Positions 1 to 11,134 of a DNA stretch of 64,000 bases are shown here, in pieces (positions within the stretch are counted from its first letter, which is position 1; each line of letters begins with the position of its first letter). The position numbers and the translations under genes are program-made. Below the pieces are notes generated by a model. It made no database searches. It saw nothing but the letters and a program-made list of their open reading frames with translations, and was not told where the DNA came from. The stretch covers positions 1 to 64,000 of the forward strand of contig CAWJKV010000004.1 in the NCBI GenBank assembly GCA_963843555.1, given 5' to 3'. This stretch comes from an uncultured Methanosarcinales archaeon (GTDB lineage Archaea; Halobacteriota; Methanosarcinia; Methanotrichales; Methanotrichaceae).

Positions 1-914
1 CAGTCCCCGCTCTGCTTCTCTCCCATCAGCCAGGCCATGACCGCCTTGCTGGTGTGCATCCTGTTCTCGGCCTCATCGAAGACCGCGCTCCGCGGCCCGT
101 CCATCACCTCGTCGGTGATCTCCTGCCCCCGGTGCGCAGGCAGGCAGTGCAGGGCGATGACGTCCTCGGCCGCCAGGCCCAGGAGCCCGGAGTTCACCTG
201 ATACTTTCCGAAGACCCTGAGGCGTTCTGCCTCCTCGCTCTCATCTCCCATGGAGACCCAGGTATCTGTAACCAGGACGTCCGCGTTGCCCGCGGCAGCG
301 GAGGGCTCTTCCACCACCTGTGGACGGCCTCCCAATTCCCTCGCCTGTTCCAGTATCTGCGCCTTTGGCCCGTATTGCCGCGGCGAGGCCACAGTGATCT
401 CCATCCCCAGAATGGCCGAGGCCAGTATCAGAGAGTTGCAGACGTTGTTCCCGTCTCCGATCCAGCCCACTCGCAGGCCCTCCAAAGCCGGAAAGCGCTG
501 GCGCATGGTCTGCAGGTCGGCCAAAATTTGCAGCGGATGCTCCCAGTCCGAGAGGGCATTGACTACCGGCACGGATGCGTGCTTCGCCAGCTGCACTACA
601 GTGCTATGCGAGTAAACCCGGGCAGTGATGCCGTGCACATAGCGACTGAGAACCCGGGCCGTGTCGGCAATAGTCTCACCCCGTCCCAGCTGCAGCTCGC
701 TCGCTGAGAGGTAGAGCGGATGGCCGCCCAGCTCCGCCGCCGCGACCTCCAGGGAGACCCGCGTCCTGGTGGAGGGCTTCTCAAAGATCATGGCCAGGCT
801 CTTGCCCTGCAGGGGCTGGCCGTGATGGCCCCGCCTGGCCCGGAAGGCCTCGGCACTCTCCAGCAGCCGCAAAATGTCCTCACGAGAGAGATCGGCAATT
901 GAGATGAGATTCAT
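1..914 (-). CDS. argF: Ornithine carbamoyltransferase (3' end runs off the window)
   Basis: Manual translation from ATG at 914: MNLISIADLS...MIFEKPSTRTRVSLE (STRT carbamoyl-phosphate motif), HPLQ, and HCLPAHRGQE near the C-terminus. Confidence 0.95.
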   Translation of the reverse strand, partial: MNLISIADLSREDILRLLESAEAFRARRGHHGQPLQGKSLAMIFEKPSTRTRVSLEVAAAELGGHPLYLSASELQLGRGETIADTARVLSRYVHGITARVYSHSTVVQLAKHASVPVVNALSDWEHPLQILADLQTMRQRFPALEGLRVGWIGDGNNVCNSLILASAILGMEITVASPRQYGPKAQILEQARELGGRPQVVEEPSAAAGNADVLVTDTWVSMGDESEEAERLRVFGKYQVNSGLLGLAAEDVIALHCLPAHRGQEITDEVMDGPRSAVFDEAENRMHTSKAVMAWLMGEKQSGD

Positions 915-1105
915 ATCTGCACCTGTATCAGCACCTTCAGTTTCTGCTCCTTTTTCACCTTTTGGTTCCTCGTTAGGATAATAGTAGTTCTCCGCCCGTT
1001 CGTCCTCCGTGCGCTCTGCGACTCTGTGGTTTTATTCCGTTAATCGCAAGGATTTAATTATCAAGCTACGATTATTAACCACAGAGCTCAACTTGCATCC
1101 GCACG

Positions 1106-1492
1106 CTACGCGCGTATCCTCTGCACGATCTCAGATATCTGGGTTATGTTCTCCTGGGCAGGCGCGACCCGGGCGGAGATGCTCTTGAATCCCGGAATGG
1201 CGGTGTTGCATAGATTGTCACTCACCAGTTGATTGGACCAGGGGCTGTTGGTCATGAATGCCAGACCGGCATGGGGCTCGTCGTCCGAAGTCTTGGCCGC
1301 GACTACGACTTTGCCGATCTCGTTCTCCACCAGAACCCTCTCTCCATCCTTCACTCCCAGGCTCGCCATATCCTGTTTGTCCAGGAGGATCACGGCACTG
1401 AGCTGTCGGAACTCATCCGAAAACCTGCCCTTCTTCCCGGCCTCATACTGGAAGATATCCCGGAAGGTGACGATCTTCACATCCACTGCCAT
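1106..1492 (-). CDS. fwdD: Formylmethanofuran dehydrogenase subunit D-like (molybdopterin dinucleotide-binding domain)
   Basis: LGVKDGERVLVENEIGKVVV...AFMTNSPWSNQLV...IPGFKSI pattern; directly downstream of fwdB. Confidence 0.85.
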   Translation of the reverse strand: MAVDVKIVTFRDIFQYEAGKKGRFSDEFRQLSAVILLDKQDMASLGVKDGERVLVENEIGKVVVAAKTSDDEPHAGLAFMTNSPWSNQLVSDNLCNTAIPGFKSISARVAPAQENITQISEIVQRIRA

Positions 1493-2722
1493 CTAAACCG
1501 CCTCCATTATCCTGGAGAGAATCTGCTCGTCGGAAAGGTTATCCGATTCGACCAGGGGATCAAAACTTATCCTCACCCCGTCCATGCGCAGAGCCGTGCC
1601 CCCTGCTTCCAGGCCGGAGATGGCGGAAGGAATGACCACCTTCGCCGCATCCGTGGTGAGAGACCGGCGCGGATCTATGGCGATGAGCGGGATCCTGGCC
1701 AGAGCCCTTGCGGTGCCAAAGGGCAGAGCCGATAGGGGATCCGAGCCGATGACCAGCGCCGCATCGCAGCTCTTCGCCGCCCCTACCACGCTCTGCTCCG
1801 GCCCGTGCGCGGGAGTGGCGCCTGCGCCGCGCGAACGAGACGCTGTTTATGAAGCCGGTCTGGTCCAGCATGAGCTGGTTGAAGCCGCGCATGTTGTAGT
1901 GGCCTACCATGGGCACCACCTTGAAGGTCGTGATCTCATTCAGCCGGGTCACCAGCTCCTCGAAGAGATCCATCTTATCCTGCAGAGAATAGACCATCCC
2001 GAGGCCCGGAAAGATGACGCCAAACTCCGTCTTCTTGAGGACTGTTCCCAGCTCAATCATGCGTTTCTTGTCGCCGGTCTTGGGTATCTTTCCATCCAGG
2101 ACGGCCATCATCGACTCCATAAACTCGGCGTCTCCCCCAGGAGCCACGCGGAAGTAGTAGTTGCTGCATAGCCTGGCCGTGGGCGACTTTCTCACGTCCA
2201 CAACCACGCAGGTCCTCTCCTCCTCGTAGCTCTTCTGCCTCTTCTCGCCCCGCGGGTAATAGGAGAACCGGGACAGATGGCGGGGATGGCTGTTGGAGGG
2301 GTCCGCGCCCCAAAAGATGGAGGTATCAGCGAAGTTGCGCACGTCGTCCAAGGTGCAGGTCGGTATCCTGCCGGTGAGAATTCGCTCCATCAGAATTCCC
2401 TGGCAGAAGGATGAGGTATCATCAATGGTCGCGCCTATTTTCTTAGCCAGGTTTATGCCACCGTCTGGGCCTCCAGAGTGGAATTGGACCAGCCGTAAAG
2501 AAGGGGCGATTTGGCATTCTTCAGAATCTCCGCCGCCCTGGCGATGGCCTGATCCAGGGTGACTTCTTGTCCCTCGATCATGGGCTTGGTTCTCTCAGTG
2601 AAGAGCGCCTGATAGTGGCCTTGCCCTTTGCGGCAGAGGTTCCTGGCCTCAGAGATGGCTCCGGTCTTCAAGACCAGCTCAATATCCTCGCAGAGAAGCG
2701 AGCAGCCTGTGCAGGTTGTCAT
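1493..2722 (-). CDS. fwdB: Formylmethanofuran dehydrogenase subunit B, split into 3 ORFs by apparent frameshifts near 2455 and 1830
   Basis: CTGCSLLCEDI N-terminus, PTCTLDDVRNFAD, WGADPSNSHPRHLSR, MVGHYNMRGF, GGTALRMDGV. Confidence 0.9.
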
Positions 2723-2749
2723 TTGCGTGTCACCGTCCTTTCACCTTGC

Positions 2750-3211
2750 TTAAACGAACTCTATGGCCTTGCTCGGACAGGTCGCAGTGCAGGCGTTGCA
2801 GAGGATCTTATTCGGCCCGAAGCGCCGGCATTCCTGGAGGTTGTTGGCTATCACCACGCCGTCTTCAACGCGGAGGATGATCTTATCCCCCTCCGGACCC
2901 AGGCCCACAGCGCATCTTGTGGGCTCTGCCGCCACATTGACCGGGCACGCGACAACGCAGTTGCCGCAGCCAAAACACTTCTCCGGATGTATGATCAGGC
3001 CTGTCTCTGAGGCTTTCTCAATCGGAGCCATCACCTCATGCAGCTTCTTGAGCTTCTCTTCGTACTTCTTCTCCTCGATCAACGGAGTGCACTCTTCGAT
3101 CTTCTTCTCCCTGCCCAACAGGCCGACGGCAAAAGCCATGCAGGTGGGTAGCCCGCACTTCTTGCAGTTGGTTTTGGGCAAAAGCATATAGATCTCCATG
3201 GCGCCGACCAT
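2750..3211 (-). CDS. fwdG: Fe-S protein with 4Fe-4S dicluster domain (FwdG-like)
   Basis: LLPKTNCKKCGLPTCMAFA Fe-S domain plus CFGCGNCVVACP and CNACTATCP; first gene of the fwdGBD run. Confidence 0.75.
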   Translation of the reverse strand: MVGAMEIYMLLPKTNCKKCGLPTCMAFAVGLLGREKKIEECTPLIEEKKYEEKLKKLHEVMAPIEKASETGLIIHPEKCFGCGNCVVACPVNVAAEPTRCAVGLGPEGDKIILRVEDGVVIANNLQECRRFGPNKILCNACTATCPSKAIEFV

Positions 3212-3316
3212 AACCAGTTACCTCAATTTGGGAAGGATTTGAGTTAGCTTTGCACCTCGATCATATTTATTGCCTGCGCAAAGCTTTTCATACTTCTTGA
3301 GGAAATGACCTTTTGA

Positions 3317-5060
3317 ATGCCGTTCAGCAATCCTCTCGCCCTTCTGGGGCTCTTGAGCATAATTCCCCTGATAATAATATACCTTATCAGGCCCCGTCCA
3401 AAGGAGATTCCCTTCTCCTCTACTCAATTTCTGAGAGAAGGCGAGGCGAAACGCACTGCCGTGCTCAGCCGCCTGATCAGCGATCCTTTATTCTGGGTGC
3501 AGCTGCTGGCGTTGTGCTCGCTATCCCTCGCGGCCGCGGGGCCCTATACCATCCAAGAAGGACCGGCGAGCAGCCATCTCGTGGTCGTCCTGGACGGCTC
3601 GGCGAGCATGCAGGCCTCCTTTTCGCAAGCTTTGGATCTGATCGATACCCGCCTGAACAGTTATCAGAAGATCAGCATCGTCCTGGCCGAAAATGTGCCC
3701 TTGACCCAGCTCACCGGGGGCAGCTCCACTGAGGCCCGCGATGTGCTCCGGCAGCTTCAGCCAAAGGCGATCTCCGCAGACCTCTCCAGCGCCATGACCC
3801 AGGGCAGCAGCCTGCTGGGCAGTGAGGGTGGAGACATCCTGGTGGCATCAGACTTCATAAGCTGGACTGGTGACGACCCCGACATCACCCGCAAACTCCT
3901 CCAGGCGGACGGCCGTGTTGCAGTGGTCTTTGCCGATTCTTACCAGGGAGGCGACAACCTTGGCCTGGTGGAAGGATGGAACGTGCCCGGACCGGGATAC
4001 GTAAATCACACCGCTCTGGTGCATAACTATGGCCCGGCAAGAACATCGTCCATCACCATCCGCGGCCCGGGAGGATCCTCCAGCCGGGTGGCCAGCCTCC
4101 CCGCGGGGGGCGACTACTACCTCTCTTTCACCGCTTATCCCGGAGTCAATGAGATCTCTCTCGACCAGCAGGATGCCATCGACTGGGATAATCATGCCTA
4201 TGTTTATGTGCCCGATCTCGGGAAGAAGAAGGTGCTCTACCAGGGCGAGGCGGGACCGGCCCTGGATGCCTTGCGTTCCCTGCCCAATGTGCGAAGTCGC
4301 GACATCCGGAGAGTTCAGCAATTTCGATCTGGTGGTGGTGGCCAGGAATGCCTCTCTGGACGGCAAGCTCAACCGCTACATCGACGGCGGCCGGGTGATC
4401 TATATCGCCTCGGATGAGGAGAGTCCCGAGTACCTGCCCGTCCGGGTGACAGGCCAGATTCCGGGGCCGGCAAGTCTCTGGGTCCGAAATGCAGGTTTTT
4501 CAGAAGGCGTGCACTTCGATGAGATTGGGCTTTTCAATTTTCCGGAAGCCGTCTCCAGAAAGGGGTCCACTACCATGGTCGAAGCCAACGGGGTCCCCAT
4601 TCTCTCCTACTGGCGCCTTGGAAAGGGCATGGTAATTTACGACGGCCTGGAGATGAATTCGGATTTCTATATGCGCCCGGAATATCCCATATTCTGGTAC
4701 CAGATGGTGAACTGGATAACTGGAGTTCCCGACATCATTGCCTCCAACCATAAGACGGGAGAGATCATTCTTCTGGGCGAACCGACGACTGTTGAGACTC
4801 CTTCCGGCATTATCTCGACGAGCAGCCTGCTCCTGGACGAGGTGGGGATATACCGCTACCAGGGAACGACCATAGCGGCCAACATGTATGATCCTCGAGA
4901 GTCCAATCTCGTCCGCAGCTCCGGCGTCCTGGCCGGTGAATTCAAGGGAGGCGTTCGCAATACAATCATAGAGAAGGATCTTTCCAACTGGATGATCGCT
5001 CTGGCCGTTCTCGCCATACTGCTGGAGCTGGCCATCATGCGCTGGAGGCGAGAGACATGA
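3317..5060 (+). CDS. BatA N-terminal / vWA domain membrane protein (frameshift near 4290)
   Basis: NPLALLGLLSIIPLIIIYLIRPRP (BatA-like), VVLDGSASM MIDAS motif, C-terminal TM segment ending in WRRET. Confidence 0.8.
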
Positions 5061-7419
5061 TCCTGAACCAATACTATGCCATACCAGAATTGCTCTACGT
5101 CATCCCGGTGCTTATAATCCTGGGTGCCGTCTTCATCCAATTCAGAGCCAAAAATAAGCTTTTTGCCGCCTCCAGATTAGTCGTCTTCTGCCTTATCATC
5201 GCCGCTGCCGCCAATCCCTACTTTGTGGAGACACATACCGTTCAGTCGCAAAAGCCCAGCATCACCATCCTGAATGATAGGACTGGATCCATGGAGGTCT
5301 TCGATCCCGATGTTGCGATGCGGGTGAACGGTATTGTAGACTCCCAGATTCGCTCCTTTTCCGGGGATTCCACGCCTCTGGGGGACAAGATCATCCAGTA
5401 TGCACAGCCTGGCGGCACCTTGCTCCTGGTGACAGATGGTTACAGCAACAGCGGACGTCCCCTGGCTGATGCCCTGGCCCTGGCCAGAGCCTCAAATACG
5501 ACGACATTTGCCCTATCTATCTCTCCAGTTAAGGACGACGCCAGCGTGGAGATCTCCGGAACAAACACTGCGGTTCTGGCGGGAGACTATCCATTCACTG
5601 TGATCGTGCGATCATCCGGCAGCTACCAGGGATCGCTGTCCGTCTTTGCGGACGAGAAATTGATATATGGCGATAAAATAGTCGCCAACGGCAGCAGCTC
5701 CATCAAGATCTCTCACTCCTTCCTGGAGACGGGAAATCATATTCTTCGAGCCGCAATTGACCCGGATATGCAGCCCGTGAACAACAACTATCAGAAAGCG
5801 GTCTATGTTGTTCCCAAGCCAGACGTGTTACTGGTCTCCAGCATCGACTCTCCTCTGGCCCGGGACCTCCATGATCTTTATAAGCTCACAGTCGTCTCAG
5901 AGCTGCCCACCCAGTTGCAGGGCTACAAGACCGTGGTTCTCGATGATAGCAGATATAACGCCAATCTCGACCGCCTGGGAGATTATGTGCGCGAAGGCGG
6001 CGGGCTGGTTGTTGTGGGTGGCCAGGATGCCTATGAACTGGGCGAATACCGCAATAGTAGCCTGGAGGAATTCTTGCCTGTGCGCTCGAGTCCAAGCACC
6101 TTCGAGGGCGGCAAGACACTCATCTTAGTGCTGGACATCTCCTTCAGCCTGCTCTCCACACTCACCAAAGACGGCACAACTCTGCTCGACTACGAGAAAG
6201 CGTTGGCTGTGGAGCTGCTCAAATCGCCTCATTTCCAGGACTACAACGTGGGCCTGGTAGTCTTCGGCACCAGGGCCTATGATGTACTCGATCCCATTCC
6301 CTTATCCAGGGGCCAGGGCATCCTGACGGAAAGGATCACCAACCTTGCGCCTACGGGTACCGAAGACAGTTATCTGGATAGCGGCCTGCAGCTCTCCCGG
6401 GAAATGATCAACGCCAGCGGCGGCAACGGTGAGCTGATTGTTATCTCAGATGGGAACCTTTACAACTACCAGGATGTGGTGCAGCGATCGATCAGGCTGA
6501 TCTCGGAGATGAATACTACCACTCGTCTGATCCAGGTGCAGGCCATCCCCGGCGAGACGGGAAAACTCGATGAGATTGCATCCAGGACGGGATCGGATTA
6601 TACAGTGTTCGTCTATCCGGAATCCCTGACCACCACTTTGTCGCCGCTATCCCCGGAGACCCCCCCTCAGGAGACAAACCTCTCCGGATATGCAACAAGC
6701 GTGGTCAATAAGAACCATTACATAACTGCTGATCTGAACTTAAACGCCAGCATCAGCGGCTTTAATGATGTCACGCCCAAGACCGGGTGCCCAGCGCCTG
6801 GTGGCAATGCCCGATGGCAAGCCCGTTCTGACGGTATGGCGCTACGGCCTGGGCAGGGTAGCAGCCCTCACCACGGATGATGGCAACGCCTGGGCAGGCA
6901 CGCTCTACGCCAGTCCGAGCTCCCAATTGATATCATCCACAGTTAACTGGGCGGTGGGCGATCCGCGACCTGAAGCCGATCGTGTTGAAGCCGAAGACGG
7001 ATGGCAGGGGACGCCCCTGCAGATCACTATCAACAGCAATGCCAGGCCCAGTCTTCCTGGTGCGGAGCGTGGAGAAAGTGGGGGATAACAGATATTCGGC
7101 TTTATTCACTCCCAACAGTTCCGGCATCTACTACATCGGCAATTATGGAGTGGCGGTCAACTATCCGCTGGAGTTCAGAGATATCGGCTTCAATCCCGAG
7201 CTTCCCAGCCTGATCATGGCCAACGGAGGAAAGGTCTTCACGGAAGAGGAGGCCAGAAGGAGTCTGGTCGCTGAGGCGGGCCGGGTCAGCCAGAGGACCG
7301 TCCAGGATAGAGTCTCCAGAAGAGATATCCTGTTACTTCTTGCCTTGTTGATTTTCCTCGCAGAAATCGTCTACCGGAAGATGGATGAGATACGAAGGCG
7401 AGGCCGATCCAGGGCATGA
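5057..7419 (+). CDS. vWA domain / glutamine-amidotransferase-like membrane protein (frameshifts near 6780 and 7060)
   Basis: LVLDISFS MIDAS motif, YVREGGGLVVVGG, WRYGLGRVAALTTD; overlaps the upstream gene (ATGA). Confidence 0.75.
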
Positions 7420-7491
7420 AAGCTTACCATCAGATTTTAATAGCATTATCAGCTTTAGTGAAGATATATTTGCGGAGGTAACTGCCACCAA

Positions 7492-7800
7492 ATGAGTTCT
7501 CAAATGTGTACCGTCTGTGGCCTTCCCCAGGAACTATGTATCTGCGAGGAGGTTGCCAAGGAGCAGCAGAGGATAGCAGTAAAAGTCCAGAAACGAAGGT
7601 ATGGAAAAGAGGTGACAGTTATCCAGGGCATCGATCCTCATGAGATCGATCTGCAGGAGCTGTGCACGCATCTCAAATCCAAGCTGGCCTGCGGTGGGAC
7701 TGTGAAAGAGAGTCTGATCGAGCTGCAAGGCAACCATATTCAAAGAATAAAAGAGATCCTGGTGAAGAAGGGATTTGGCGCAGATCAAATAAGCACGTAA
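7492..7800 (+). CDS. Translation initiation factor aIF1 (SUI1 family)
   Basis: [45 protein letters not shown]. Confidence 0.95.
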   Translation: MSSQMCTVCGLPQELCICEEVAKEQQRIAVKVQKRRYGKEVTVIQGIDPHEIDLQELCTHLKSKLACGGTVKESLIELQGNHIQRIKEILVKKGFGADQIST

Positions 7801-7926
7801 AATTCCCTGCAAAAATTAAGATCTGCAGGCCGATCCTAGCGCTTGCTTGTTTTCCTTTCTTGGAAGAGATCTTAAATATTTTTTGTTTGATAATACTAGA
7901 ATTTAAAAATAAAATAGGGTGAAGGC

Positions 7927-8310
7927 TCAGCTACTGCCAGGTTTCTCCACATCGATCTTATCGACAGAGATTTCGCCGTCTACACCCATCACTATGGAGA
8001 AGATCCATTCGCTGAGATTAGCACAATGCTCCGGAATGCACTCCTCAATGCAACCTGCACAGGGCTCGAAGGCATCCACCACCAGTAGAGGATCGAAACG
8101 TTTGCTGTGAGACTTCTCCAGGCAAAAGAGCCTGTAGGTTCTGATGCCGTCGGCCGACTCCACCTCTCTGGTGATGAGATTATCCTTGAGGAGCTTGGCT
8201 ACGATGCGAGAGCATTTGCGAGAATCGATCTTCAGCTCTTTCCATAGATCGCTCTGCAATGCACCCTCAGGATGCGTCTTTATATATTCCAGTGCCTCCT
8301 CAGCAGACAT
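7927..8310 (-). CDS. Winged-helix protein with C-terminal 4-Cys motif, probably RPC34/TFE-beta-like
   Basis: GALQSDLWKELKIDSRKCSRIVAKL (wHTH) plus PCAGCIEECIPEHCANLSEWI. Confidence 0.6.
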   Translation of the reverse strand: MSAEEALEYIKTHPEGALQSDLWKELKIDSRKCSRIVAKLLKDNLITREVESADGIRTYRLFCLEKSHSKRFDPLLVVDAFEPCAGCIEECIPEHCANLSEWIFSIVMGVDGEISVDKIDVEKPGSS

Positions 8311-8321
8311 TTTCGGCCTCT

Positions 8322-8546
8322 TTATTCAATTGGACTTATGAGAATGATGTTATTGCCACGCAGGATAACTGATCCCAAAGAACGAGTCTTCTCGCCACCG
8401 ATCAGCTCCACGGTCTCGAGTAGATGAAGGTTCAAGTATTCATCTACGCTGTTGAGAACACCTTCCAGGACGTAACGCGGTGAACCCTTCATCTCTACCT
8501 GAATCTTGCTGCCTACCAGACTCTGTACCTTCTTAGTTGGGAACAT
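8322..8546 (-). CDS. Sm/Lsm-like RNA-binding protein
   Basis: GVLNSVDEYLNLHL (Sm1) and LGSVILRGNNI (Sm2); start taken at ATG 8546. Confidence 0.92.
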   Translation of the reverse strand: MFPTKKVQSLVGSKIQVEMKGSPRYVLEGVLNSVDEYLNLHLLETVELIGGEKTRSLGSVILRGNNIILISPIE

Positions 8547-8633
8547 AACCAGACTCCTTGGTAACTTGGATGAACAGTTTTTGCAATAGTTCGCGGTTTT
8601 GATCAATTTGGGGCAATTAGAATTGAGCTTGAT

Positions 8634-8861
8634 CTAATCGGAGACCACGCTTTTTACGCCTTTTACGTTCTTCACGAGCTCTTTCTCGATGAAGTTCTTC
8701 AGCGTCATCTGCGAGAAAGGACAGCCTGCACAGTGACCTTGCAGCTTTACCTTCACAATCCCGTCTTGGATATCAACGAGCTCGACATCTCCACCATCTA
8801 CGCGAAGGCCTTCCCTGATCTTTTCCAGGGCGACCTCGACGTCATCCTTGAGGTTTTGCAT
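8634..8861 (-). CDS. NifU/NfuA C-terminal domain Fe-S carrier
   Basis: DGGDVELVD...LQGHCAGCPFSQMTLK. Confidence 0.92.
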   Translation of the reverse strand: MQNLKDDVEVALEKIREGLRVDGGDVELVDIQDGIVKVKLQGHCAGCPFSQMTLKNFIEKELVKNVKGVKSVVSD

Positions 8862-8868
8862 GAATACT

Positions 8869-9195
8869 TCAGTCCCCTTTAACCTTTATAGATGTAACTT
8901 TGTGCCCGATGATCGTGTACCTTATCCCTTTTAAAGCTTCCTCGAGCTGCTTTATGATCTTTTCGCACTTATCGGAACCTACTACCGTATTCACAATGAC
9001 TCCCGGCTCAGAATGGTCCCGGATGGCAGTCAATGCCAGATCAGGATTCTCGCTCAGCCTGAAGCTCTTCCAGCTCTTCGGTGCCATTCCCTGATACTCT
9101 ACGAGGTAAAAGCCTGTGATGCCCAGCTCTGTTAAGGTATTTATGACTCGAACCAGATGCTCGTGGTCTACAAAGATCTTGACCATGGTCTTCAT
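8869..9195 (-). CDS. Conserved methanogen protein (MJ1244-like, PII-like fold)
   Basis: LGITGFYLVEYQGMAP motif recognised from memory. Confidence 0.6.
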   Translation of the reverse strand: MKTMVKIFVDHEHLVRVINTLTELGITGFYLVEYQGMAPKSWKSFRLSENPDLALTAIRDHSEPGVIVNTVVGSDKCEKIIKQLEEALKGIRYTIIGHKVTSIKVKGD

Positions 9196-9289
9196 GGAGT
9201 TCCCCTAACGTATATCGGCCATTGGACAATAAATAACTTCGCGAGATCTAGATATTCTTTTATCCTACGCGGGTTAAGCAGGCCCTATC

Positions 9290-9754
9290 ATGGCATTGAG
9301 AGATATCAGAGATGTTTTGAAGAGCATGGGAATAGGGGAGGACGAGATAGTCTCGGCGGCAATGGAGCTCTACTTTCCTCACCCCGGCGTGGAGACGCGC
9401 GAGAAGGCCATAGACAGGTTTCGGCAGGAGATGATGCTGGCGCTATCCGACCCCAATCTTGCGCTTCTCATATATGCCGGAGTTCTCCTGGAGTCTGAGG
9501 GAGAAAGATGCAATCTTCCCAACCTGAAGCAGTCCGATTATGAGAACGATCTGACCTGCCTTATCGCGGATGAGGTTTTGGGCCTCGCCATTGCCAAGTA
9601 TGTAGGGGGCTATAAGGGACTATTCGATTATGTGCGTTATGATAAGGCCAAGCCGGGCATACTCGGGCACCTCGGTCCGTTCATGGATGACGTGGTAGCC
9701 GGGCTCATCGGTGGCGTGTCTGCCAATATGTATACCAGGGCGGAGATGGAATAG
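9290..9754 (+). CDS. cobZ: Alpha-ribazole phosphatase CobZ (PgpA-like)
   Basis: LIADEVLG...FDYVRYDKAKPGILGHLGPFMDD; directly upstream of cobS. Confidence 0.85.
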   Translation: MALRDIRDVLKSMGIGEDEIVSAAMELYFPHPGVETREKAIDRFRQEMMLALSDPNLALLIYAGVLLESEGERCNLPNLKQSDYENDLTCLIADEVLGLAIAKYVGGYKGLFDYVRYDKAKPGILGHLGPFMDDVVAGLIGGVSANMYTRAEME

Positions 9755-9782
9755 GAGCGGCACAAATAGAAAGGAGCTGCAC

Positions 9783-10544
9783 TTGAAAGATCTGCTTTTT
9801 GCTCTCAAATCGGGATTTGGCTGGCTGTCCACCATACCTGTCGGCATATCCATGGAAGGCGTCGAGGCCCTGATGAAGCATGTTTATCTGTTTCCAGTGG
9901 TGGGCCTGGCCTTGGGGGCAATCCTGGGGGTGACGGCCTTCATCGCGACGCTGGCCTTGCCCGCCAATCTGGTGGCTATAGTCGTGATAGTTGCCATCTA
10001 CAAGCTCTGCGGCATAAACCATATCGACGGTCTGGCCGATTTTGGGGATGGAGTAATAGCCCACGGCACACAGGAAAAGAAAGTTCGGGCTATGAAGGAC
10101 GTGAATTTGGGTACAGGAGGCGGCCTCTTCATCGCCGTGCTCCTCCTGGCGACCTTTGCAGTTCTAACCGATATCCCTCAAGGGCTTCTGCCCCTGGCGT
10201 TACTCGCGGCCGAAGTATCAGCCAAGTTGGCCATGATCTCGTTTGCAGCATTCTCCAAGTCTTTGCAGAAGGGTTTTGGCCAGATCATGATCGAGAGGAC
10301 AGGATACAGGCAGTTCTTGATCGGCCTGGTCATTTCAGCCGCGATCTGTGCTGCAGCTCTAGGGCCACTGGGCCTTGTCGTTCTAGCCGCAGCCCAGGTT
10401 GCCGCCCTTTATATGGTATTGGTCGCGAAGAGGAACTTTGGCGGAGCCACTGGCGATGGTATAGGTGCGACCAATGAGGTGGCGAGAGTGGTGGCCCTGG
10501 CTGCTGCCTTCGCTTTAGGAGGTATACTGCCTTGGACGTTCTGA
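9783..10544 (+). CDS. cobS: Adenosylcobinamide-GDP ribazoletransferase (cobamide synthase)
   Basis: NHIDGLADFGDG, MKDVNLGTGG, FGGATGDGIGATNE; hydrophobic; start taken at TTG 9783. Confidence 0.95.
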   Translation: MKDLLFALKSGFGWLSTIPVGISMEGVEALMKHVYLFPVVGLALGAILGVTAFIATLALPANLVAIVVIVAIYKLCGINHIDGLADFGDGVIAHGTQEKKVRAMKDVNLGTGGGLFIAVLLLATFAVLTDIPQGLLPLALLAAEVSAKLAMISFAAFSKSLQKGFGQIMIERTGYRQFLIGLVISAAICAAALGPLGLVVLAAAQVAALYMVLVAKRNFGGATGDGIGATNEVARVVALAAAFALGGILPWTF

Positions 10545-11134
10545 TGATGGCAGGGGGCCGGGGCTCGCGGCTGAAGAGGGGCGAGAAGCCAATGGTCACA
10601 CTTTTCGGACGATCGCTCATCGACCACGTGACTCTCGCTCTGTTAGAGAGCTCAGTGGATCGGATCTATGTCGCCACTACTGAAAATGTGCCGCAAACCC
10701 GGGCCTGGGCCGAAAATCGTGATCTTTCAGTGGTGGAGACGCCGGGGATGGGATTTGTGGCCGATATGATCTTTGCTGTAAAGGCGGCAGAGGTCAACGA
10801 TCCCATAATGATCATCATGGCCGATCTGCCGCTGGTAAATGCCGATCTGATCGATACTATAATAGAGATTTATGAAGAGCGTCCCGAGCCCGCGCTCTCC
10901 ACTCATACGCCACTCCATCTTCACAGCCGCCTGGGCCGCAGGCCCGATTCCCTCTTCAACTACCAGGGCCAGCTCATTGTTCCCTCAGGCATCAATGTGC
11001 TGGATGGGGCCGAGATCGAAAAGGAGCAGGAGGACTACCATTTGATCATGGAGAGGATCGAGCTGGCGGTCAATGTGAATGTGGTTGAGGACCTCATTCT
11101 CTGCGAGAAGATAATACAAGGTGATTTCCTTTGA
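10532..11134 (+). CDS. cobY: Adenosylcobinamide-phosphate guanylyltransferase
   Basis: MAGGRGSRLKRGEKP NTP-transferase motif, ADLPL, NVNVVEDL; context after cobS. Confidence 0.88.
   Translation: MDVLMMAGGRGSRLKRGEKPMVTLFGRSLIDHVTLALLESSVDRIYVATTENVPQTRAWAENRDLSVVETPGMGFVADMIFAVKAAEVNDPIMIIMADLPLVNADLIDTIIEIYEERPEPALSTHTPLHLHSRLGRRPDSLFNYQGQLIVPSGINVLDGAEIEKEQEDYHLIMERIELAVNVNVVEDLILCEKIIQGDFL

Noticed and set aside
3317..7419. vWA gene pair as a novel system
   Set aside because: Typical BatA/vWA components of MoxR-associated loci; the missing adjacent MoxR/DUF58 genes may simply lie elsewhere.
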